Positions 8,633 through 16,031 of a stretch of DNA of 16,203 bases are shown here, piece after piece. Numbering within the stretch: position 1 is the first letter of the stretch; each line of letters opens with the position of its first letter. Under the pieces are notes generated by a model. The model made no database searches, was not told the DNA's origin, and saw only the letters and a program-made list of their open reading frames with translations. Source of the stretch: Promethearchaeota archaeon. Lineage in GTDB: Archaea; Asgardarchaeota; Lokiarchaeia; Sigyniarchaeales; SOKP01. The DNA lies in contig JABXKD010000079.1 of the NCBI GenBank assembly GCA_013375475.1, positions 1 through 16,203 on the forward strand, in the 5' to 3' direction. Both the position numbers and the translations under genes were made by a program.

Positions 8633-9100
8633 ATGGCAGAAGAAGGAGAAAAAAGAAAGATTTTCAAAAAACATTCTATAGTATTAGTCATATTTCAGGT
8701 TATATTAATAGCATTTTTAGTAATTTTATATAATCTAAGGAATACTGAAATTGGAATCCAGAACTTTTCGATGGAAAAATTATTTATCTTAGTTTTCGCG
8801 TTCACCATAATGTTTGGAGTATTTGTTACTGGATATTTATTAAACGGGTTGTTCAATTACAACATTATAACTACAAATTTTGTAAAAAAGATCAATTACA
8901 AATTATTAATGACAATATTATTTATCATGATGATCATCGGTGCGGCTTGTTTTTTAATGGAATTATCTTTGAGCGGTGGAGAAATATCAGCACTTACATG
9001 GGGGAGCTTTATTTTAGGATTAATGGGGCTAGTAATTCTTGGAATAACATTATTTATAGGAATTTTTTTGATAATTGATGAGATTAAAGAATCTTTATAA
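8633..9100 (+). CDS. Hypothetical membrane protein (about 4 TM helices)
   Basis: Four long hydrophobic stretches. ATG at 8633 is preferred over GTG at 8624. No family recognised. Confidence 0.75.
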   Translation: MAEEGEKRKIFKKHSIVLVIFQVILIAFLVILYNLRNTEIGIQNFSMEKLFILVFAFTIMFGVFVTGYLLNGLFNYNIITTNFVKKINYKLLMTILFIMMIIGAACFLMELSLSGGEISALTWGSFILGLMGLVILGITLFIGIFLIIDEIKESL

Positions 9101-9210
9101 AAACAAAAGAAAAGTTTTTTCAAATTATCATAATTTTTTTAATTTTTCATATCTTATAATCAACAATATTAAGTATTATTATATTGAATAAGCGATATAA
9201 GGCATTAAAC

Positions 9211-10032
9211 ATGAACAAAAATTTAAAACCTCAAAGGGATATTATTAGTCAATCTATAAAAGAATATCAACCTCTTTTTCTCTATCGCCCAAAGGATAAA
9301 GAATATTGGGATAAAAAGCGAAGAGAGGGTTTAGCTCAATTCTATTTGAAAGAAAAGGGAGAATTGATACCTTGGGAGGGTGAAAAAATCTTAAAAGTTT
9401 TTGATAATGTTACTTTAAATGTAAAGGATGATACATTTAAATCAAAATTTAAAAAAATGCGCGTTGCTAAGCGGGCACCTAATAAATGGAAACTCTTTTT
9501 TACAACAGAAAGAATTGTAGCGACTATTCCATATGGAAAAACCCTAAAGATCGGTGATATCGTTGAGCTATTTACCACGACATTTAAACGCCAATCACAT
9601 AAAAATTATTATGTTGTAGGTTATTTCCCGCATTCTATGCTAGCAGGGATTGTATTAAGATTAAAACAAGGAAAACCTACCTGTGAACATATAGCATTTA
9701 TTTATAAAAATAAATTGAAAAATAGAGTTGTTAATTATACGTTATATTTTTTTAATTATGGCCCCCAGAAACAATCTGAGGAGTTTTGTTTAAAATTTAA
9801 AAATTTGGCTTGTAAACTCCAACTAAATTTGCTGAAATTAGTGAAAGATTTATCTCTATTATCTCAGTCCGAATTATCAAGAATCAGATCTAAAATAACA
9901 GAAAATCTAGAAGAGAAAGAATTTGAAGTGAGAGAAAATAGAGAGAAATTCAAAAATACAACTATTAAAACCTTGTATGTTGGTGGAATTCCATTACCCA
10001 TCTTCCCTAGAATTACATATAAATATTTGTAA
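9211..10032 (+). CDS. Hypothetical basic soluble protein, possible PH/GRAM-like fold
   Basis: Long open frame in AT-rich DNA. ATG at 9211 is preferred over TTG at 9184. The segments EGEKIL and KLFFTTERIVATIP loosely resemble GRAM/PH-like strands. Confidence 0.7.
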   Translation: MNKNLKPQRDIISQSIKEYQPLFLYRPKDKEYWDKKRREGLAQFYLKEKGELIPWEGEKILKVFDNVTLNVKDDTFKSKFKKMRVAKRAPNKWKLFFTTERIVATIPYGKTLKIGDIVELFTTTFKRQSHKNYYVVGYFPHSMLAGIVLRLKQGKPTCEHIAFIYKNKLKNRVVNYTLYFFNYGPQKQSEEFCLKFKNLACKLQLNLLKLVKDLSLLSQSELSRIRSKITENLEEKEFEVRENREKFKNTTIKTLYVGGIPLPIFPRITYKYL

Positions 10033-10079
10033 TTTAAAGATATGTATTTAGAGAGAAGAACTTGATTTTTTTTCTCTAT

Positions 10080-10452
10080 TTTTTTATGAAGAAAAACTAA
10101 ACGAATTTTATATCGTTAAAAGAAGTAATCATTTTGTTGGGAATCGATCAATTTTTTCTTAGATTTTACTGAATTGCAAAAAAAATGTTTTCAAATTGAA
10201 ACTTTTAATTACATCATAGAGTTAGATTGAAACTGAAGTTAATTGTACGCTTTAAATTCTCCTATAACCGACAAAGAAGATATAAGTCAATATTTTAAAT
10301 TAATGTTAGCTGGAAATCCCTTGCTTAAATTTTCCATTGAAAATGAAAAGGGCAAGGAACTTTACTCTAATCTATTGAATGTAGAAATGCGATAATTTTT
10401 TTACATGAACAAAGTGGATAATATTAATTTCGAATTTCAGAATTTAATTTGA
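10080..10452 (+). pseudogene. Possible decayed gene remnant
   Basis: Protein-like fragments in shifting + frames, separated by stops and frameshifts (FYEEKLNEFYIVKRSNHF; FLDFTELQKKCFQIETFNYIIELD; SPITDKEDISQYFKLMLAGNPLLKFSIENEKGKELYSNLLNVEMR). No family recognised. Confidence 0.25.
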
Positions 10453-10550
10453 TGAGTTTTAATTCTATAAAGTATAATTTTAAAATGATCTTAACTCCCA
10501 ATAAAATATACGAAAGTTTTAGAAGTCAAACAATAGATAAATCAATCAAA

Positions 10551-10643
10551 AAATTTTTGGTTTTTTTTTTTTATTTAAGCTAATTTGAAATAAAATTAGT
10601 TGTGTTTATTTAGTCATAATTTAATAAAAAAACTTCAGCTTTT
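10551..10643. repeat. Copy 2 of the ~92-bp direct repeat (orphan copy of the mvhG upstream region)
   Basis: Same orientation as 2603-2694. It retains the CTAATTT-N6-AAATTAG palindrome (10580-10599), but no minus-strand ORF follows it. Confidence 0.95.
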
Positions 10644-10892
10644 TCGATGACATATAACGATTATGTTCTAAATTACATTGGCACAAAAAATTTACCATGA
10701 CAAGACTCTTTCAGTTTGGGGTAAAATATTCTGAATAATTATTCTAAAAACTTATTTAGTGAGTATAAACATTGATCAATCATAGTTGAAAAAATATCAA
10801 GGTTGATACAAAAAATATTATTTTCTTTAGATCTTGAGTTTTTTTGAATGATTATTAATAAATTTTAAATAGTTCTGAATATAATAGAGAGT

Positions 10893-10922
10893 ATCGAATA
10901 TGTATATGAATATATATTCAAT
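10893..10922. promoter_or_regulatory. Imperfect palindrome ATCGAATATGTA-N6-TATATATTCAAT upstream of tusA (ModE-box-like operator/TATA region)
   Basis: 10 of 12 positions are complementary between the arms, with a 6-nt spacer. It ends 31 nt before the tusA ATG. Confidence 0.5.
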
Positions 10923-10953
10923 AAACAAAATTGAACATAACTGGTAATAAAAA

Positions 10954-11187
10954 ATGGTTGATATAACGGAAACTTTGGATTGTACGGGCGAAGTGTGTCC
11001 CTATCCAGACGTAAGAAGTAAAAAAAAAGTGAAAAAAATGAAGTCAGGTGAGGTTTTAAAAGTTTTAGTCGATTACCCTCTCTCTGCAGAGAGGATTCCT
11101 GAAACGATGGAATCTCTGGGCCACGAAGTAATCTCATCGGAAAAGACGGGAGCATCAGCGTGGGAAATCCTGATTAAAATAAAATAG
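10954..11187 (+). CDS. tusA: TusA/SirA-family sulfur carrier (YeeD-like)
   Basis: LDCTGEVCPYP (CPxP persulfide motif), GEVLKVLVD.P.S...IP; 77 aa. Confidence 0.93.
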   Translation: MVDITETLDCTGEVCPYPDVRSKKKVKKMKSGEVLKVLVDYPLSAERIPETMESLGHEVISSEKTGASAWEILIKIK

Positions 11188-11196
11188 GTGAAAAAA

Positions 11197-12246
11197 ATGG
11201 CATTGGGATTTGAATATTTTTTAATAGCTGGACTCATAATTGGGTTCATTTTTGGTTTTATATTGCAAAGTGGAAGATTCTGCATGAATTCAGCCTTCAG
11301 AGATATTATTCTCTTGAAAGAGTTTAAACTCGCAAAGGCTGTTGCAGTGTCTCTAGCAGTTTTAGCGGTTGGATTCGCTATTTTTGCCTTCGCTGGTTGG
11401 AATCTCGGTCCTAAAGATTTTAAACCATGGGCTGCTATTGTTGGTGGCCTTGTTTTTGGTATTGGGATGGTTTTTGCCGGTGGATGTGCGAGTGGAACAA
11501 CTTATCGAGTCGGAGAAGGAATGATGGGATCTTTTGTGGCTGCCATCGGATTAACTGTCGGAGCTTTAATGACAGCTGGAGGAGTGTTGAACGATTTTAA
11601 AAATATATTACATCTTACAAATCTAGGGAAAATTACGCTTGTAGGAATATATGATCCTCTGAGTTTGGTTCTCCCAATCGTTATGCTAATTCTCGGTATT
11701 GTTGGAATAGCTTTGATGTTTTTCTTTTGGGGATTACCGGCGTTAAAAAAGCGAGGAGATAAACCTTTAGTAAAGTTTGATAACGTTGTAGAAGTAAGCA
11801 TTAAAAAAGCATATCCATGGTGGGTAACCGGAATTTTAATTGGACTTATTCTCACAGCTGGTTTCGTAGCCAGTGGTGGTCCTGTAGGCATAACTGGAGG
11901 CTGGATGAACATTAGTGGTTGGTTAACTGCTGGTGAGTTTTCCCCAACAGGCGGCTTAGGATGGTCTGGATTCATCATCTTCGGCATTCTTATTGGAGCA
12001 ATGGTAAGTGCAATCCTTAAGAAAGAGTTCAAATTTAGAGTTCCAAAAGAGGGTTTAACTTTGCTTAAACAATTCTTTGGTGGAATTTTAATGGGATTCG
12101 GGGCGGTGACCGCTATGGGATGTAATATTACCAATATTTTAGGTGGTATACCTCAACTTTCCGTACATAGCATCATAGTTGGTGTGTGTATAATGTTGGG
12201 ATCTTGGCTCGCAGCCTATCTTCTCTTCATGCGGAAAGAGGACTAA
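11197..12246 (+). CDS. yeeE: YeeE/YedE-family sulfur-compound (thiosulfate-type) transporter
   Basis: The three family cysteines are present in GRFCMNSAFRD, AGGCASG and AMGCNI; the protein is polytopic and Gly-rich. ATG at 11197 is preferred because the GTG at 11188 lies within an AGGTGA RBS. Confidence 0.9.
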   Translation: MALGFEYFLIAGLIIGFIFGFILQSGRFCMNSAFRDIILLKEFKLAKAVAVSLAVLAVGFAIFAFAGWNLGPKDFKPWAAIVGGLVFGIGMVFAGGCASGTTYRVGEGMMGSFVAAIGLTVGALMTAGGVLNDFKNILHLTNLGKITLVGIYDPLSLVLPIVMLILGIVGIALMFFFWGLPALKKRGDKPLVKFDNVVEVSIKKAYPWWVTGILIGLILTAGFVASGGPVGITGGWMNISGWLTAGEFSPTGGLGWSGFIIFGILIGAMVSAILKKEFKFRVPKEGLTLLKQFFGGILMGFGAVTAMGCNITNILGGIPQLSVHSIIVGVCIMLGSWLAAYLLFMRKED

Positions 12247-12271
12247 ATAGATAAGGAGATGATATCGTAGA

Positions 12272-12634
12272 ATGGCTCGATTAGGAATTCTGTTCTTTGA
12301 TGGCCCATACCAAACCGAAGCTGCTGAAACGGTATGCAAGCTTAGTAGCGCGGCATTGGACAAAGGTCACGAAGTTCATATCTTTTGTTATATGGACGCT
12401 GTTAACGCAGCATTAGGAAACCAGAAAAAAATCGAAGGAATCTTTAACATCGAAGAAGGATTCAGGGAAATACTAGATAAAGGAGCCATCATTAGACTAT
12501 GTAATCTATGTCTCTTAGTCAGGGGTACAATGAAAAACTGCCTTAATAAAGAATGTGGCGATATTAAGCGAGCTGGAACTCCCGATCTTGCAAAGATAAT
12601 AGAAGAAACCGATAGACTTGTAACAATTTGTTAA
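12272..12634 (+). CDS. dsrE: DsrE/TusD-family sulfur relay subunit
   Basis: GPY...AALDKGHEV.IF.Y.DAV, active-site CNLCLLVRG (Cys77 aligns with TusD/DsrE Cys78), and C-terminal DRLVT. Confidence 0.88.
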   Translation: MARLGILFFDGPYQTEAAETVCKLSSAALDKGHEVHIFCYMDAVNAALGNQKKIEGIFNIEEGFREILDKGAIIRLCNLCLLVRGTMKNCLNKECGDIKRAGTPDLAKIIEETDRLVTIC

Positions 12635-12645
12635 TGTGATAAAAA

Positions 12646-12990
12646 ATGTCTGAAGAAAAAAATGTAGTTATACTTTTACGACAACCACCTCACGGAACTC
12701 TTTACCCTGTCGAAGGATTAAGGATGACGGTTGCTGTTAGCGCTGATTTCGATCCAATTACTGTCGCGATTAACGACGCGGTTTACACCTTTACAAAAGA
12801 TGTTGATAAAACCATGTATGCTATGCACATAGAATTCATTAAAAGTATCGATTTAGATATATTTATTGACAAGAAATCTCTTGAAGAGCGTGGTTTAACA
12901 AAAGACGATCTTATCGATCAAGTTGAAGTGAAAGAACATGGAGAAATATTAAAGATGATTGCGGATTCATCCGTAACCATACCTTTTTAG
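12646..12990 (+). CDS. dsrF: DsrF/TusC-family sulfur relay subunit
   Basis: RQPPHGT....EGLR, DAVY, SLEERGL motifs and terminal F; located between dsrE and dsrH. Confidence 0.88.
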   Translation: MSEEKNVVILLRQPPHGTLYPVEGLRMTVAVSADFDPITVAINDAVYTFTKDVDKTMYAMHIEFIKSIDLDIFIDKKSLEERGLTKDDLIDQVEVKEHGEILKMIADSSVTIPF

Positions 12991-13003
12991 GAGGTTTAGA
13001 AAA

Positions 13004-13303
13004 ATGGGAAAAAAAGTGTTATATTTCATTACGAGTGAAGATATTACAGGAGTAGAACTTGCAATGGAGCACACGGATGATGATGATGTCACGATCCTTT
13101 TACTTCAAAACGCAGTCTATTTTGCTAATAGATCTAATAAAGCGGTTTCACAAGCACTTAATCAAAAGAAAAAAGTTGCTGCGTGTAAAGAACACATAGA
13201 TATTCGAGGATTAAACAAGTTTATTTCTGATGGTATTAGATTGGTTGCTTCTGACGAGGTAGTTGACTTAATTTTTGAGAACGACACCATAATAAATATG
13301 TAA
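13004..13303 (+). CDS. dsrH: DsrH/TusB-family sulfur relay subunit
   Basis: ILLLQNAVY and ACKEHIDIRGL...VDLI motifs; AGGAGGT RBS overlapping the dsrF stop. Confidence 0.85.
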   Translation: MGKKVLYFITSEDITGVELAMEHTDDDDVTILLLQNAVYFANRSNKAVSQALNQKKKVAACKEHIDIRGLNKFISDGIRLVASDEVVDLIFENDTIINM

Positions 13304-13330
13304 ACCAGAAATTTAAAGAATAAAAACTAA

Positions 13331-13352
13331 TTTTTTTTTAATTTTTTTTTTT
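13331..13352 (+). terminator. Oligo-T terminator of the tusA-yeeE-dsrEFH operon
   Basis: Two T-runs (9 and 11 nt) starting 28 nt after the dsrH stop. Confidence 0.55.
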
Positions 13353-13501
13353 AATAACTAATTAACTTAATCTAAGTTCATCTAGAAGAGGTAGTTTTAC
13401 TTAACTTTTCTACGTTCTTTAGGAATAATTTTTAATTTAGGAACTTTTATAATAGTTAATTCTATTTTAAAATAATTTTCTAACGTAAAGAGTGCATAAT
13501 T

Positions 13502-14305
13502 ATGGTATATAATCCGTTTGGTAATGAGTTGGCATTTGTTTGGGATTTAATTGCGATGGTAATATCGATTGTTATTTTATTAGCTTTGGTTCAGATTAAT
13601 GGATTAATGCAAAAGAAAGGATTAGTTTCTCAAATTATTACGAGAAAATTCGTGCATATCCTTGCAGGGCCAATATTCGTTGTTACATGGATGCTTTTTT
13701 CAGGTGGGGTGATAAGTCATTACATTGCTGCAATAGTTCCTTTATTGTTTGTTTTACAATTCGTAGCTATTGGTACGGGGTTGATGAAAAACGAGAGTTT
13801 TGTTAATTCGATGTCAAGAACGGGAGATCCTCGAGAATTACTTGAAGGTACGCTTTATTATGCGATTGTTATGCTATTAATGACCTTTTTCTGGTTTTAC
13901 GTATCATCTACTGGAATAGAAAATGCAAATCCTACGGCATTACTTATTATAGGGTGTGTTTCGGGAGGAGATGGGTTAGCAGATATTATAGGGCGTAAAT
14001 TTGGTGGAGATAAAAAGTTTGGAATTAGAGGAAGCGAAAAAACCATTATTGGCAGTATAGGGATGCTGGTTGGATCGATATTGGTAACCTCTATTCTCGT
14101 CTTGATATTTTCCTTAGAAGCTCCGCATATTAATATAGCTACACTTATTTTACCTATAATTGTTGTCAGCATAGTTGCTACAGTAGTAGAAGCGTTATCG
14201 CCTAAAGGTACAGATAACTTCTTAATTTTTCTGGCGGTTATAATTACAATCTTGATTCTTGAATTAGCTTTTCCAGATTTTTGGCCCTATTCTTTTAGTT
14301 TCTAA
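13502..14305 (+). CDS. CTP-dependent polyprenol kinase (phytol/farnesol/dolichol kinase family)
   Basis: RKFVHILAG, MSRTGDPRELLEGTLYY, GGDGLADIIGRKFG, KTIIGSIG and VEALSPKGTDN motifs; polytopic membrane protein. Confidence 0.88.
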   Translation: MVYNPFGNELAFVWDLIAMVISIVILLALVQINGLMQKKGLVSQIITRKFVHILAGPIFVVTWMLFSGGVISHYIAAIVPLLFVLQFVAIGTGLMKNESFVNSMSRTGDPRELLEGTLYYAIVMLLMTFFWFYVSSTGIENANPTALLIIGCVSGGDGLADIIGRKFGGDKKFGIRGSEKTIIGSIGMLVGSILVTSILVLIFSLEAPHINIATLILPIIVVSIVATVVEALSPKGTDNFLIFLAVIITILILELAFPDFWPYSFSF

Positions 14306-14325
14306 ATTAAACTATATGAATTCAA

Positions 14326-15147
14326 ATGACATTAGAAGAAATCTTAGTTTTAAAACTCGGTGGCTCATTGCTTACAGATAAATCGACGCCATTCAAATTA
14401 AGAGATGAAGTTATAGATAGAGTCGCCACTGAAATAAAAGAGTGTATTGACTTAGGGCTAATCAAGAGCTTAGTTATAGTTCACGGAGTAGGTTCTTTCG
14501 GTCATCCTCCTGTGTTGCAATATAACCTTCATAAGGGTTTTAAAGGTAAGGAACAGCTCATTTCAATGTCAAAAACGCAGCAAATCGTTAATAAACTTCG
14601 AAAGACAATTGCTTCAAAATTCATAGATAAGGGGATTCCTATAAATCTAATGCACGCTTCTTCGATGGTCGTGGGCAATAAGATGGTGATAACTGATCAT
14701 GCATTTGAATCCCTAAAGGGATTTTTATCTTTAGGAATGGTGCCTTTGATAGGTGGTGATATGATGTACGACAATAGTATGGGTTTTAGCGTTTGCAGCG
14801 GAGATCAAATAGCAGTGCTTCTCTCTCGTGTTTTAAATGCTGAAAGATTAATGTTTGCTACTGATGTTCCTGGTGTGTACGATCAAGATCCACAACTAGG
14901 AAGAAAAGCTCAATTGCTCAATGAGTTAAACATCAATGATCTTGATAACGTTTTGAAGAAATTGGATAAATCAAGTGGGACAGATGCTTCGGGAAGGATG
15001 CGAGGTAAACTACTTTCTCTTGTATCAACTAAAGATCAAATAAAGAAAGGTCTTAAAGTAGCTATTTTTTCTATGATCGAAAAAGACACGCTCAAGAAGC
15101 ACCTCAAAGGAGAAAAAGTTGAACTAACTAGAATAGTGTATGAATAG
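14326..15147 (+). CDS. ipk: Isopentenyl phosphate kinase (amino-acid-kinase fold)
   Basis: LKLGGSLLTDK, VHGVGSFGHP (with the IPK-specific His), SGDQI, TDVPGVYD and DASGRMRGKL. Confidence 0.88.
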   Translation: MTLEEILVLKLGGSLLTDKSTPFKLRDEVIDRVATEIKECIDLGLIKSLVIVHGVGSFGHPPVLQYNLHKGFKGKEQLISMSKTQQIVNKLRKTIASKFIDKGIPINLMHASSMVVGNKMVITDHAFESLKGFLSLGMVPLIGGDMMYDNSMGFSVCSGDQIAVLLSRVLNAERLMFATDVPGVYDQDPQLGRKAQLLNELNINDLDNVLKKLDKSSGTDASGRMRGKLLSLVSTKDQIKKGLKVAIFSMIEKDTLKKHLKGEKVELTRIVYE

Positions 15148-15186
15148 GCAATTATGCTTAATAATCCCAGTTAGAGATTGAGTTTA

Positions 15187-15522
15187 TTATAGCTCTAAAT
15201 TTTCATTTTTTTTTATCTTTTTAAACATGTGTCGAAATCCCATAATTGGATGCGTATATATCATCCGTGGTCCCGCATAACGCATGACTGTTCGTATTTT
15301 CTCCCTCATCTCAGGTTTATAACAATGAATTGGACATTTATCGCAAGTGGGTTTTTCCTCGCCGAAACGGCATCCTTTTAAACGCTCCTCAGCGTATTGA
15401 AAAAGATCTGAGCATTCTTGACATAACTTATCTTCGCAGTCATGAAAATTTTTACAATACATTCTAATCATGGTATTTATTGTTTTATGTTCTTGTTCTA
15501 AGCGGCTTTTCGTGGGACTCAT
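15187..15522 (-). CDS. ygbA: YgbA / nitrous oxide-stimulated promoter family Cys-rich protein
   Basis: E.KTI..MIRMYC...H....LC.EC..L..YA..RL..C.FGE.KPTC.KCPIHCYKP.MREKIR.VMRYAGPRM...HP matches the family pattern. Confidence 0.88.
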   Translation of the reverse strand: MSPTKSRLEQEHKTINTMIRMYCKNFHDCEDKLCQECSDLFQYAEERLKGCRFGEEKPTCDKCPIHCYKPEMREKIRTVMRYAGPRMIYTHPIMGFRHMFKKIKKNENLEL

Positions 15523-15707
15523 GGCAGAATCACTTAAGATAGTCAGAATAGATATTTAAAATTATAAGGTTATACACATAAAAAACTAAAAAGGGAGTGG
15601 ATGGTATTATATGATAAATCGTTTTTTTGTTTGATTTTCCCCCATTTTTAACGGTAAATAGAAGTGTAATCTAAATCTTAAAAAAAAAGAATTTTAATAT
15701 TAGTTTA

Positions 15708-16031
15708 TTATCCAGGTGGAGTTTGTCCAATTGATGTGTAGGCTTCTTCTACAGTAGCCCAAGTCTCTACTGAATATTTAAATCCAGGGATTGTTAAATA
15801 CATATTTAAAATAGACCTAGCACGCAATATAGTTTCTTCTAATTTCCCTGGCTTTACCAGCGTTACACTAAATGATTTTATACCGTCCATATCTGCATTT
15901 ATAGCATTAGTCACAAGATTTTCCCCAAGACTATCATCTGGTGGAAATTTTTTATCAACTTCAATAGCTTTTTTTACCATCTCTACTGTCGACTCACCTG
16001 GCCAACGAACAAAACTAACTACATATGGCAT
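15708..16031 (-). CDS. Small hypothetical protein (alternating beta/alpha pattern)
   Basis: Clean 107-aa ORF with GAGG RBS and a downstream oligo-T (minus strand). It resembles a small-protein type seen in Lokiarchaeia-like genomes (recollection, not searched). Confidence 0.75.
   Translation of the reverse strand: MPYVVSFVRWPGESTVEMVKKAIEVDKKFPPDDSLGENLVTNAINADMDGIKSFSVTLVKPGKLEETILRARSILNMYLTIPGFKYSVETWATVEEAYTSIGQTPPG

Noticed and set aside
7626-9578. Minus-strand ORFs 7626-8006, 8896-9123 and 9342-9578
   Set aside because: Antisense to longer, better-supported + strand genes.
10865-12363. Minus-strand ORFs 10865-11155, 11073-11285, 11502-12134 (210 aa) and 12139-12363
   Set aside because: Antisense to tusA/yeeE/dsrE. 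The long one is the Pro/Ile/Asn-rich mirror expected opposite a Gly-rich membrane protein.
13897-14172. 91-aa minus-strand ORF
   Set aside because: Antisense shadow of the polyprenol kinase gene.
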